Source: a virus. Taken from it: a DNA stretch of 64,000 nucleotides. The notes under the pieces are model-generated. The model did no database searches and was not told the DNA's origin. It saw only the letters and a program-made list of their open reading frames with translations. Shown here in pieces: positions 46,267-55,424 of this stretch. Positions within the stretch are counted from its first letter, which is position 1, and the number at the start of each line of letters is the position of its first letter. The stretch is from the IMG/VR virus record IMGVR_UViG_3300042560_001229, positions 17,220 through 81,219 of that record; one strand, written 5' to 3'. The position numbers and the translations under genes are program-made.

Positions 46267-46811
46267 ACGACCCGCAAACCAAGGTGGTGAACGATGCGGT
46301 GGAGCAATCCATCCTCCGTGCCGGTATCCCGAAGCAGTTCGCCCGCAAGTCGGAGCAGTTGAGGAACTACGGACTGAGGGGCATGGCACTGGACGATATG
46401 TTTTCCTCCGGTGAAATGTCCACCCTCCTAGCCGGTGGCGGTGGCCTTTACTTCGAGGGTGACTCGCCGGAACTGTTTGCCCGCTTCCATCTGACTTGCC
46501 GGGGTGTGCTGCGGAGGCATCTGCCTTTGTCGGTGCTGTCCCTGCCCACCTTCCGTCAGGTGGTCTGCGGAAAGAACTACGACGAAACGATTTCGAGGGT
46601 GGTGGTGCTGGCCATTGGCGGGTTTTACGACAAGACCTACAAGCAACCGTTCTCCGAGGAAGACCTGTTCACGATGGGTTGGTATCTGCGCGAGTGGGTC
46701 ATGTCCGGCAAGGCGCTGATACTCCAAGGCTCCCTGCCATTGGGCCGCTGCGATTGGTGGTCGGACTCACTTTTGCAACTGTTGCAAACGAAGCTGGTCA
46801 CGCACAAGTAA
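46257..46811 (+). CDS. Degenerate DnaC/IstB-like helicase loader
   Basis: AGIPKQF..GLYFEG (no GKT)..VLAIGG..KALIL. Confidence 0.5.
   Translation: MDLDDPQTKVVNDAVEQSILRAGIPKQFARKSEQLRNYGLRGMALDDMFSSGEMSTLLAGGGGLYFEGDSPELFARFHLTCRGVLRRHLPLSVLSLPTFRQVVCGKNYDETISRVVVLAIGGFYDKTYKQPFSEEDLFTMGWYLREWVMSGKALILQGSLPLGRCDWWSDSLLQLLQTKLVTHK
46772..46788. repeat. 17-bp palindromic dispersed repeat (intragenic)
   Basis: TTTGCAACTGTTGCAAA. Confidence 0.95.
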
Positions 46812-46812
46812 C

Positions 46813-47361
46813 ATGGCGGAACTGATTCCACTACCCAAAGGCGTGCCGCCTCATAGTGTGCAGATGACCCCTGATGCACTTGCCGCCTTACCCGAAGGTT
46901 ATCGTCTGCTATCCAAGCTGGAGGCTGAACGAGTTCCGGCCAACGCGCTGTGCTGGGGCAGGGCCAAGCTGAACCATGTGGCGGAAATGGGCTGGTATCC
47001 CACCCGCCGCGCCGGGAAGACAGCGACGGTGCTTACTTACATCGTGCCAGTGGCCAATGACACATGGGAAGAACCCGTTGCCGCCGTAGCGTTCAACCCG
47101 CTGCCCGAAGGTGCCACTCTGCCGAGAGGTTACAGGCTGCTGCAAAAGGACGAGGCGAGGAAGCTGCCGAAGGGTGCCATGTTTTTTTACGAAGCTACCG
47201 GAACATGGGGTCACTCGAATGAGTGTGGCGGGGATGTTACGGACAATATCAATCTGTGCTACTGCGTGCCAAGTAACGGAGTGCCCACGGTGTCCATTGC
47301 GGGAGTTGCAACAGTTGCAATCCCACCCAAGAAACGGATGCGGAGGCTGGAGTTCACATGA
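46813..47361 (+). CDS. GYRLL-repeat protein with C-terminal RMRRLEFT
   Basis: LPEGYRLL..YIVP and LPRGYRLL..YCVP. Confidence 0.7.
   Translation: MAELIPLPKGVPPHSVQMTPDALAALPEGYRLLSKLEAERVPANALCWGRAKLNHVAEMGWYPTRRAGKTATVLTYIVPVANDTWEEPVAAVAFNPLPEGATLPRGYRLLQKDEARKLPKGAMFFYEATGTWGHSNECGGDVTDNINLCYCVPSNGVPTVSIAGVATVAIPPKKRMRRLEFT
47305..47321. repeat. 17-bp palindromic dispersed repeat (intragenic)
   Basis: GTTGCAACAGTTGCAAT. Confidence 0.85.
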
Positions 47362-47648
47362 ATAAGCGCATGAGGCTGCTGGAGTTTTACCCTCAGCCCG
47401 ATCATATCTACGGCATCGTCTGCCACCCATCGGCGGCGCAGGTGTTGCGGGAGGGTTACAGCAAGCTGCCCGCCATTCCCAAGCTGATGGGCTTGACGGG
47501 CGATCTTCCTCCTATCATTGAGGACGCGAACATTGACCCGCAACAGTCACAGATTTACACCGGGCAAGCCGCATGGCAGGCCCGCGTCGAGCAGGAGCGC
47601 AGGAAGACGATGCGCGAAACCATTCACCAAGAATTGAACTACCCATGA
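47358..47648 (+). CDS. Hypothetical protein with N-terminal KRMRLLEF
   Basis: ATGA overlaps at both ends. Confidence 0.6.
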   Translation: MNKRMRLLEFYPQPDHIYGIVCHPSAAQVLREGYSKLPAIPKLMGLTGDLPPIIEDANIDPQQSQIYTGQAAWQARVEQERRKTMRETIHQELNYP

Positions 47649-48889
47649 GCCTATTTACCAAGCTGGTCGCATCGTGCATTGATTCCGGTTCCGTCTCCGC
47701 GCTGATGCGGGACTTCAAGGAGTTGTATCTGCTGGAGGAGGAGAGGCCGCTCTACGACATGGTGCGGGCGCACTGGCAGAGGCATGGCCGTCTGCCCTCC
47801 ACGGAGACAGTCACGGCTGCCGGGCACGCGCTTGAGCCGTTTCGTGAACCGCCCCTCTACTACAATGACAGGCTGCGGGCGCGGTATGCCTACAACGTCA
47901 TCAACGAGCGGCATCCTGCCTTTCGTGAAGCACTGTCCAACCGCAACATGGAGGCGGCGGTGGAGCACTTGCGTGACATGCTGACCACGGTGGGTGGCGC
48001 GGTGAATCAGGAGAGCGCCACAACGCTGGTGTCCGAAGTTGCCGGGGTCATCGAGGAGTATGACTCGCGGAGATTTCGCTCCGGTCTGGCCGGGGTCACG
48101 TTGGGCTGGCCCACCATGAACGATCTGACGTTGGGGGCGATGGGTGGTGATGTCATCGTGCTGGCTGGAAGACCTTCGATGGGAAAAAGCTGGCTGCTGT
48201 TCGAGTCTGCCTACCAAGCATGGCGGGCCGGTCACTCCATTGCCATCGTCTCAATGGAGATGAGCAAGCGACAGGTGGTGCGGCGGTGGATGGGTCGGCA
48301 CCTCGGCATCAATCCAAATTTCATCCGCGCAGGGCAGGTGAGCGCGTGGACGGAGGAGATGCTGCGTGGGTATGCGGATGTGGCCAGTGCCATGCCGAGG
48401 GTCAGCCTGATAAGCGGGGAGATGGAGAAGCAGATCACGGCCATTGAGGAGGCGATCAGGGAGCACATGCCCGACATCATTTACGTGGACGCCGCCTATC
48501 TGCTGACGCCGAGCGGACAGAACAAGGGCAGCATTTCCAAGTGGGAGAGCATCGCCAAGGTCATCGGGGAGTTGAAGAAGATGAGCATTCGGTATCACCG
48601 GCCCATCGTGATTACGGTGCAGTTCAACCGGAATCAGAAGACCAACTCCAACAAGGAACCGGACTTGGGTGACATCGCCGGGTCGGACTCCATTCCGCAG
48701 GACGCCAGCATCGTGGCTGGTGTGCGAATGGGACTGCCCCCGTTCGAGGCCATCCGCCGCCGCATCATCGTGATGAAGAATCGGGAGGGTGCGGTTGGCG
48801 AGTTCGTCACGGATTTTCTGTTCACGCCGCCGAGCATGGTGGAGATTGCCGACGAGCAGGATAGCTCCGGCATCACGGACTGGATGTAA
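47645..48889 (+). CDS. dnaB: DnaB-like replicative helicase
   Basis: AGRPSMGKS, SMEMS, IYVDAAYL, QFNR, SDSIPQDAS, KNREG. Confidence 0.92.
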   Translation: MSLFTKLVASCIDSGSVSALMRDFKELYLLEEERPLYDMVRAHWQRHGRLPSTETVTAAGHALEPFREPPLYYNDRLRARYAYNVINERHPAFREALSNRNMEAAVEHLRDMLTTVGGAVNQESATTLVSEVAGVIEEYDSRRFRSGLAGVTLGWPTMNDLTLGAMGGDVIVLAGRPSMGKSWLLFESAYQAWRAGHSIAIVSMEMSKRQVVRRWMGRHLGINPNFIRAGQVSAWTEEMLRGYADVASAMPRVSLISGEMEKQITAIEEAIREHMPDIIYVDAAYLLTPSGQNKGSISKWESIAKVIGELKKMSIRYHRPIVITVQFNRNQKTNSNKEPDLGDIAGSDSIPQDASIVAGVRMGLPPFEAIRRRIIVMKNREGAVGEFVTDFLFTPPSMVEIADEQDSSGITDWM

Positions 48890-48892
48890 TGA

Positions 48893-48932
48893 TTGACCAC
48901 GAAACTGTAACCACCTATGCTGCGCGCCAATG
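48893..48932 (+). promoter_or_regulatory. Early-type promoter (leaderless polymerase)
   Basis: TTGACC-ACGAAAC, TATGCT after a 17-bp spacer, ATG at 48930. Confidence 0.72.
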
Positions 48933-51836
48933 AGTAAGACCCTGCTGGATTTTGAAACTGACCATTTGAACTGTGATGGGAACCCCGACGCGCAGATTAT
49001 CGTGGTGTGCGACACGCCCTCGCAGGGCACCTTCGATGCCGGTCAGGTCATGGGCAAAAAGGCGATGGAAATTTTCGGTGAGCAGGCCAAGGCGTGCGGG
49101 CTGACCAAGCAGGACTTCTTTTTCGTGACATGCTCCCCACCCATCCCCGAGGAGCACAGCAATACCGAGGGTCGCATCAATAAGTTCGTTGACCAGTTTC
49201 GGACTGAGTTGCTGGGCACGTTGCAACAGTTGCAAAATGGCAGGCTGCTGCTTGCACTTGGCAAGACAGCGGCGAGGATGGTCATGGGTAAGCCGGTGCA
49301 GATAACCAAGGTGCGCGGCCAGTTTGACAGCGTGGAGGGAATCCCATGCACGGTCATGCCCATGCTCTCCCCTACCAATGTTCTTCGCAGACCGGAGGTA
49401 GCCGAGACGTTCAACACTGACTTTCGGCAGGTGCGCGTGCTCAAGGACTACGGCTGGGATGTGGAGGCGTTCGCCGGAGCCAAGGACAGCGGAAAGTATC
49501 AGTGGGTGACGGATTTGCAGTTCCTACTGGACAACCCACCATCCGCGCTCGCTCTGGATACGGAGACAGATGGGCTGAATTGGATGAACGGTGCCAAGCC
49601 CATTCTGGCTTCGCTCTGCTGGCGCAGTGGCACGGAGAAGGTGGACATGGACAAGGGTGGCAAGAAGTTGCGTGCGCTGGAGATGGGTCAGAGAGATGAG
49701 CCGGTGGCGATCTGCGTGCCTCTGGACATTCGTTACTGGCCCGAGCTAGGGGAAGCTGGCATCGCCAAGTTGCATGGTCAGCTTCGGCAACTGCTGGCCA
49801 ACCCCAAGGTGCATGTGGTCGGTCACAATCTGAAATTCGACATCCATTGCCTCCGCAATATCGGCGTGCGGGTGGCCAACTGGTATTCGGACTCCATGCA
49901 ACTGCTGTTCGCGCTGGACGAGAATATGTTCTCCAAGACCCTCGCGGACGGCGTGCGGAGATACGTCCCCGAACTGGCCTCCTACTCGGATGCCTTCGAC
50001 CGCGAGATTGATAAGAGCAAGATGCTGGAAGTGCCAAGAGCCAAGATGCTGGCCTATGCCGGTGGTGATGCCGAGGCGTCTTACCTGCTGAACAAACGGC
50101 TGATAGATTTGGTGAAGGAGGACAAGCGGCAGTGGGACACTTTCCGGCATATTCAGATGCCCGCGCTGCGTATGTTCGTGAACGTCGAGAAGCAGGGCAT
50201 CCATATTGACCAGCCGGAGTTGGCCAAGTTGGAGCATACGCTTGGTGAGCGGGAGCGAGAACTGTATCGCTCGCTGATTCTGCGGGTGCCTGCGGAAATC
50301 AAAAAACGGCACTTGGACAAAGGGCTGTCCTTTACCCGCGATGAGTTCGTGCGGGACATCCTGTTCACCAAGGATGGGTTCGATTTCACGCCGGTTGTCT
50401 TCACGGACTCCACGAAGAACCTGTCCAAGAACGAGCGGGTGCCAAGCACGAGCAGCAAGCAGCACCTTCCCTACTTCAACCATGAGCCGTTCGTGCAAGA
50501 CCTGATTCAGTATCAGAAGCTCGCCAAGATGCGCTCCACCTATGTCGGCAAGGCCAGCGTGCTGGAGACTGACCGCATCGTGACACTCAAGAACGGCAAG
50601 CTGCCCAAGAAGGTGACTGACGATTTAGCCAAGTCTGGCATCACCATTGAGGGCAGTGCGGTGACGTTGCATGGCATACGGGTTCGCCCCCGGTTGCGTG
50701 CGCTGGACTTCGGCAACAAGCCGCTGGACTACACCCATCGCTTGCAGATGGCGGATGGTCGCTGGCTGGTGGTGTCCAAGAATGGGTCGCTGTTCAGTCA
50801 GACGCTCAGTGATGCCTCCGGCTTCTGGAAATACCTGTGCGACGATGGCTGCATCCATCCGAGTTTCCTGCTGCATCGCACCAACACCGGCAGGACAAGT
50901 TCCGCCAACCCGAACGCACAAAACTTCCCCAAGCGTGGCCCGTTGGCCAAGGAGTATCGCAAGATTTTCGTGCCGACGCCAGGGTTCGCTTTCTTGGAAG
51001 CCGATCTGTCTCAGGCCGAGTTGCGGATTGCGGCGTGGATGGCCAACGAGACGACGATGCTTCGCATTTACCGGGAGGGTGGGGACATCCATGAGGCCAC
51101 GGCTGCGGCGGTGCTTGGCATCAAGGTGACTGAGTTCCGCAAGTTCAAGAACAACGCGCAGGGGGTTCCATCCCGTTTTCGTAGTGGCAGCTTCTCCGGC
51201 TCCACGCTGGCTGAGTATTACGATTACATGCGGTTCTTGGCCAAGGCCGTGAATTTCGGTTTCCTCTACGGCATGGGCTGGCGCAAGTTCAAGGAATACG
51301 CCAAGACGGACTTCGGCATCGAACTGACCGATGAGGAGGCGGTGGTCATGCGGAAGGCGTTCTTCGCCCTCTACCCGAGGCTGGAGACATGGCACAAGCG
51401 GATGCGGGCCTTTGCCAACGAGCATGGCTACGTCCGCGCTCTGCACGGTGCGCTGCGGAGACTCCCATCCATCTACTCCGACGACGAAGGGGTAAAGGGC
51501 GAGTGCGAGCGGCAGGCGATCAACGCCCCGGTGCAACGCTTCGCTTCCGATCTTGGACTGCTGGGCATGATTGGCTTTGTGGAGAACTGCCCGCTGGAGG
51601 ACATTCGCCCGGTGGCCTTCATTCACGACTCGGCGGTGCTGGAGGTTCGCATTGCCCGCATTCGGGAAGCGGCGGCTGGCATCAAGTGGCACATGCAAAA
51701 TCAGCCCTTGGAGGAACTGTTCGGCATCACCCCACCCATCCCCATCGTGTCCGATGTCTCGCTGGCGGAAATCAGCCTGTCCAAGTCCGAGGCACTGGAT
51801 GTGGAGGCCGTGGTGCCCAACTGGACGGTTTTGTAG
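48930..51836 (+). CDS. polA: Family A DNA polymerase with N-terminal UDG-like domain and 3'-5' exonuclease
   Basis: ALDTET, GHNLKFD, YAGGD; TGRTSS..QN.P, ADLSQAELR, RFLAKAVNFGFLYG, IHDS. Confidence 0.95.
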   Translation: MSKTLLDFETDHLNCDGNPDAQIIVVCDTPSQGTFDAGQVMGKKAMEIFGEQAKACGLTKQDFFFVTCSPPIPEEHSNTEGRINKFVDQFRTELLGTLQQLQNGRLLLALGKTAARMVMGKPVQITKVRGQFDSVEGIPCTVMPMLSPTNVLRRPEVAETFNTDFRQVRVLKDYGWDVEAFAGAKDSGKYQWVTDLQFLLDNPPSALALDTETDGLNWMNGAKPILASLCWRSGTEKVDMDKGGKKLRALEMGQRDEPVAICVPLDIRYWPELGEAGIAKLHGQLRQLLANPKVHVVGHNLKFDIHCLRNIGVRVANWYSDSMQLLFALDENMFSKTLADGVRRYVPELASYSDAFDREIDKSKMLEVPRAKMLAYAGGDAEASYLLNKRLIDLVKEDKRQWDTFRHIQMPALRMFVNVEKQGIHIDQPELAKLEHTLGERERELYRSLILRVPAEIKKRHLDKGLSFTRDEFVRDILFTKDGFDFTPVVFTDSTKNLSKNERVPSTSSKQHLPYFNHEPFVQDLIQYQKLAKMRSTYVGKASVLETDRIVTLKNGKLPKKVTDDLAKSGITIEGSAVTLHGIRVRPRLRALDFGNKPLDYTHRLQMADGRWLVVSKNGSLFSQTLSDASGFWKYLCDDGCIHPSFLLHRTNTGRTSSANPNAQNFPKRGPLAKEYRKIFVPTPGFAFLEADLSQAELRIAAWMANETTMLRIYREGGDIHEATAAAVLGIKVTEFRKFKNNAQGVPSRFRSGSFSGSTLAEYYDYMRFLAKAVNFGFLYGMGWRKFKEYAKTDFGIELTDEEAVVMRKAFFALYPRLETWHKRMRAFANEHGYVRALHGALRRLPSIYSDDEGVKGECERQAINAPVQRFASDLGLLGMIGFVENCPLEDIRPVAFIHDSAVLEVRIARIREAAAGIKWHMQNQPLEELFGITPPIPIVSDVSLAEISLSKSEALDVEAVVPNWTVL
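49220..49236. repeat. 17-bp palindromic dispersed repeat (intragenic)
   Basis: GTTGCAACAGTTGCAAA. Confidence 0.9.
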
Positions 51837-51840
51837 GCCC

Positions 51841-51920
51841 AAACTATTTTTGCAACAGTTGCAAATTCTTTTTGACAACGAATCAATTCTGAGCCAGTTT
51901 TGGGCCTTATGAAATCCACC
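51841..51920 (+). promoter_or_regulatory. Early-type promoter cassette
   Basis: Palindrome 51849-51865, TTGACA-ACGAATC 51872, CAGTTT, ATGAAATCCACC 51909. Confidence 0.8.
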
Positions 51921-52145
51921 ATTCACGGCCCCGCTTCCATTCCCGGCAACACCGCGTTTCCGCTCACCCAGCTAAACGACACCCAGCGCGAGGAGCGCAT
52001 CGCGCTCGAAAACGCCCGCTACGCTTCCGAACTCGAAGCGGCCATCACCGCCCACTTCAACGCGGGCATCATCGTTACGCCCGCCGACTACAACGCCATG
52101 CTCGCCGTGTGGCGTCAGGGTGGCCTCCTATCCGATCTGGAGTAA
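51909..52145 (+). CDS. Hypothetical early protein (MKST start)
   Basis: Begins at the cassette ATG. Confidence 0.7.
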   Translation: MKSTIHGPASIPGNTAFPLTQLNDTQREERIALENARYASELEAAITAHFNAGIIVTPADYNAMLAVWRQGGLLSDLE

Positions 52146-52571
52146 ATGCAAACCTTCCTTCCCTATCCCAACTTCGCGCAAAGCGCGGCTTGCCTTGACT
52201 GGCAACGACTAGGCAAACAACGTGTCGAAGCGAAGCAGATATACCTCGCGTTGACCACGCCATCCTACGGCTGGCAGAACCACCCAGCGGTGAAGATGTG
52301 GCGACATTGGGAAATCTCCCTCGCAACTTACGGCGAAATCATCTGTCTTGAATGGCGTAAGCGTGGTTACAACGACACGCTGCTCCCTTGGTTTCAAGAA
52401 CGCTCCGCACTACGCCCGGACTTGCAGCCTTGTCCACCACAATTCGATACTGCATTTTGCACGTCCCACAGATCAAACTTGCTTCGCAAACTCCCATCCC
52501 ACTACCGCCCACTCTGGCCCGATGTGCCCAACAACCTGCCATACATCTGGCCGGTCATTCATTCCGTTTGA
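52146..52571 (+). CDS. Pyrimidine-dimer DNA glycosylase-like protein (MSMEG_6728/DenV-like)
   Basis: MQTFLPY..LD..RLGKQRVE..HPAVKMW..SHRSNLLRK..YIWP. Confidence 0.85.
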   Translation: MQTFLPYPNFAQSAACLDWQRLGKQRVEAKQIYLALTTPSYGWQNHPAVKMWRHWEISLATYGEIICLEWRKRGYNDTLLPWFQERSALRPDLQPCPPQFDTAFCTSHRSNLLRKLPSHYRPLWPDVPNNLPYIWPVIHSV

Positions 52572-52608
52572 CAACGAATCAGTAACGTATTAGTCTTTCA
52601 CCATTATG
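52568..52608 (+). promoter_or_regulatory. Early-type promoter
   Basis: TTGACA-ACGAATC, TAGTCT, ATG at 52606. Confidence 0.75.
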
Positions 52609-53037
52609 AAAACCCGCACCCGCAGAAAACTCGACATGCCGACCCCCGAAGCTGACCTTGCTTACGCCAAGATTACGGAGTTGGCCATCACCACGTTCGT
52701 TGAGAACAAGTTGCAGAACGAACATAAGCGCAAATATGACAAGTCCCGCAAGGAGTTGCTCGGTCAGATGAAGGACTCTGGCAAGTCCACCCATCGTGCT
52801 GAGTATCGTGACGAGGACGGCAAGAGCATCATGCTGGTGGCCGAAATATCCACCCCGACCGGACAGGCCGTGGATGTGACCAAACTCCAGAAGCTCGTCA
52901 CGGAGAAGCAGTTCCTCGCCATCGTGGAAGCCTCGCAGAAGGCTGTCACGGACATCGTGGGCACCGCCACCCTCGCGCAGTGCCTCGTCCCCACCATCGG
53001 CACCGAGAACGTCAGCGTGAAGGTCGCCAAACTTTGA
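52606..53037 (+). CDS. Hypothetical protein (N-terminal RTRRKLDM)
   Basis: Begins at the promoter ATG. Confidence 0.7.
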   Translation: MKTRTRRKLDMPTPEADLAYAKITELAITTFVENKLQNEHKRKYDKSRKELLGQMKDSGKSTHRAEYRDEDGKSIMLVAEISTPTGQAVDVTKLQKLVTEKQFLAIVEASQKAVTDIVGTATLAQCLVPTIGTENVSVKVAKL

Positions 53038-53049
53038 AACTGTTGCAAA
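53033..53049. repeat. 17-bp palindromic dispersed repeat
   Basis: TTTGAAACTGTTGCAAA supplies a stop and abuts the next ATG. Confidence 0.95.
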
Positions 53050-53221
53050 TGACCAAGACCCGAAACCGCTCCACTGGCATCTGCCATTACGAATGCCATG
53101 CGCTTGGCGACAAGCTGGTGGTGAATTACACCTATCACGGCTCCAGCTTTGTTCACGCGAAGGAGTTCACCGGCCAGAGGCAGGCAGAACTGGCGCAGGC
53201 ATTTCTCCAAGAACTGAAACG

Positions 53222-53728
53222 ATGAAAGACCCGTTCTTCCACGTTGACGATGTCGTGGTTCATGCTGTGGTGCGGCAGTGGCCTTTGGTTACGCGAAAGG
53301 ACTCGCTCCACGGAATCTCCCACTGGCTAAGGGTAGCCCGTAATGCGGCACAAATCGCCACCACCGCGTTCCCCGATGACGCACCCTCCATCATCCCTCT
53401 TACCGGGCTGTTCGCGCTTTTTCACGACTCTCAAAGGCTCACCGAAGGCGTTGATTACGAGCATGGGCCATTGGCTGAGAAGTTTCTCCGCACCTATGCT
53501 TTGACGGAGGACATCGGCATCCGTGAAGCCGACGTTGAGAGAGTTGCACTGGCCTGCCGGGTGCATACCACCTTTCAGCCCATTAACATTGGGCAGTTGG
53601 ATGACCAACGGACGCGGATGGTGCTGGCGTGCTGCTTGGACGCTGACCGTCTCGACTTACTCCGTGTGGGCATCCAGCCCGAAGCACAGTATCTCTACAC
53701 CGAAACCGCGAAGTCCCTGATACCATGA
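53222..53728 (+). CDS. HD-domain phosphohydrolase
   Basis: HG.SHW.RV..HD..HG..DADRLDL. Confidence 0.82.
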   Translation: MKDPFFHVDDVVVHAVVRQWPLVTRKDSLHGISHWLRVARNAAQIATTAFPDDAPSIIPLTGLFALFHDSQRLTEGVDYEHGPLAEKFLRTYALTEDIGIREADVERVALACRVHTTFQPINIGQLDDQRTRMVLACCLDADRLDLLRVGIQPEAQYLYTETAKSLIP

Positions 53729-54027
53729 AAAAGCAGCAATTCATCATTCCACCGGAGCAGTTGGCCGAACGCGAGCGGGCAGAAGCGGCAGAGTGTGACG
53801 GCAGAATCAGGATGTTTTGCGCCATCGGCTACAAGGGAAGACTTGGAGTGGGGCCGCTGGTGCCGCTGGGGCCGCTGGGGACAAAGGGGGAGCCGTTCTA
53901 TGTTCAGGCTTGCTGCACGAATTCCGCAGCCCGATCACTCCACGGTTTCATGGCCGAGGGTGTCAGTGGCTTTGTGTTTGTGGAAGTAAAGGATGACAAA
54001 CCCACCGCCCCCGTTGTTCAGTTATGA
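53725..54027 (+). CDS. Hypothetical protein
   Basis: ATGA overlaps. Confidence 0.55.
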   Translation: MKKQQFIIPPEQLAERERAEAAECDGRIRMFCAIGYKGRLGVGPLVPLGPLGTKGEPFYVQACCTNSAARSLHGFMAEGVSGFVFVEVKDDKPTAPVVQL

Positions 54028-55001
54028 GGCTGGCCAAGGTGCTGGAGATTGCGGATGCGGCTGGCTTCACCATTGTCAGTCGGGAGGCCAACGGCGGCGG
54101 GTGGATACCGATGCTCTGTCCCTTTGCTCCCTACCTTCACGAGCGCGGTGTTGACCGCAATCCATCCTTCTTCATCAAGGTGAACAACGCTGGTGTGTCC
54201 GCGTGCCACTGCTTTACGTGCAAGGAGAAGGGACGCATCTCCACCATCCTTCGCAAGCTGGAGTTCCATAGCGGAGACAGTTACTCGAAGCTGATTATCC
54301 GCGCCGACATGGAGGAGATTCCCGAGGAGTTTGGTGAGTTCGAGGAAGTTGGCGCAACGCGGGAAAGGCGCAAGCCGGTGGAGGAGGCCATCTTCTTCAA
54401 TATGTATCCGCTGGCTTATGAGGACAGGGCGTGCGCCGCCTATCTTCGGGGCCGGGGCATCAGTCCGACTACCGCCACCAAGCTGGGTCTGCGTTTCGAT
54501 GATACGGAGAAGCGGGTGCTGTTTCCAGTCAAGGGTAGGGACGGTGAGTTGTATGGCTACTCCGGCAGGGCGATTACGGACACCGGGCACTCGCGGCACC
54601 GCGACTATGGCTTCACCAAGGAACTGTGCCTGCTGGGTGAGCATTTGTTCCAACCCGGCAAGCCCGCCTTTGTGGTGGAGGGTCTGTTCGCCTTCGCACA
54701 TCTGGTGGAGATAGGAGCGCGTGGCCTCTGCAATCCGCTGGCTTCCCTTGGCTCTACCATCAGCGGGCCGCAGCGTGATTTGCTGGAGGACTTGGATGTG
54801 CCGGTGTATCTCTGCTTCGACCCTGACGCGGCAGGTGACTTGGGCACCTACGGCAAGGACGGCAAAGGCGGTGCGGTGGCTTTCCTCAAGGAGCATGTGC
54901 CGCTGCGGATTCCACTCTACCCCGAAGGGCTGGAGGACATTGACGCGATAACTTTGAAACAGTTGCAACGCATGGTGACGATGGACTATGAAACCCCTTG
55001 A
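54024..55001 (+). CDS. DNA primase (Zn finger plus TOPRIM)
   Basis: CPF..H..CHCFTC, YLRGRGI, GYSGRA, VVEG, FDPDAAG. Confidence 0.88.
   Translation: MRLAKVLEIADAAGFTIVSREANGGGWIPMLCPFAPYLHERGVDRNPSFFIKVNNAGVSACHCFTCKEKGRISTILRKLEFHSGDSYSKLIIRADMEEIPEEFGEFEEVGATRERRKPVEEAIFFNMYPLAYEDRACAAYLRGRGISPTTATKLGLRFDDTEKRVLFPVKGRDGELYGYSGRAITDTGHSRHRDYGFTKELCLLGEHLFQPGKPAFVVEGLFAFAHLVEIGARGLCNPLASLGSTISGPQRDLLEDLDVPVYLCFDPDAAGDLGTYGKDGKGGAVAFLKEHVPLRIPLYPEGLEDIDAITLKQLQRMVTMDYETP
54953..54969. repeat. 17-bp palindromic dispersed repeat (intragenic, upstream of a promoter)
   Basis: TTTGAAACAGTTGCAAC. Confidence 0.85.
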
Positions 55002-55052
55002 CAACGAAACAGTCATCTGCTACAGTGTTCGCCATGAGCAACCTTAACCATG
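54998..55052 (+). promoter_or_regulatory. Early-type promoter
   Basis: TTGACA-ACGAAAC, TACAGT; duplicated CCATGAGCAACC downstream. Confidence 0.72.
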
Positions 55053-55424
55053 AGCAACCCGCACAGGGATGAAGTCGTGACCTACGTGATGAACAGATTC
55101 GCGCAGGGCAAGGGTGCCGAGTTGGTGCTGCACCGCAAGGGCCAGCCCAAGCGGTTGCTCCTCATACCGTCCCCGGTGTTCAGTGAAAGTGCCGTGTGCG
55201 GTCTGGCCATCGCTTTGGAGGACGAGGGGTTCCACTTTTGGTCGGGCTTGAACCCGCTGAATGGATTCGACTTGTGCGCCTCTGGATTTTCGCTAAAGGT
55301 AGCGGATGCCGTCGCAGTGCTGGTGAGGGACTTGTTCCCCTACCGACTTCGCCGGAAACTACAACGCTCGCAAGAGCACAAACCAATGGGCGTAAGCCCG
55401 CAAATAGAAGACAGACAACAATGA
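55050..55424 (+). CDS. Hypothetical protein
   Basis: ORF between primase and SSB. Confidence 0.55.
   Translation: MSNPHRDEVVTYVMNRFAQGKGAELVLHRKGQPKRLLLIPSPVFSESAVCGLAIALEDEGFHFWSGLNPLNGFDLCASGFSLKVADAVAVLVRDLFPYRLRRKLQRSQEHKPMGVSPQIEDRQQ

Noticed and set aside
50540-50830. Intein or intron in PolA
   Set aside because: The insertion is in frame and short, and lacks C/S..HN splice motifs and an endonuclease domain
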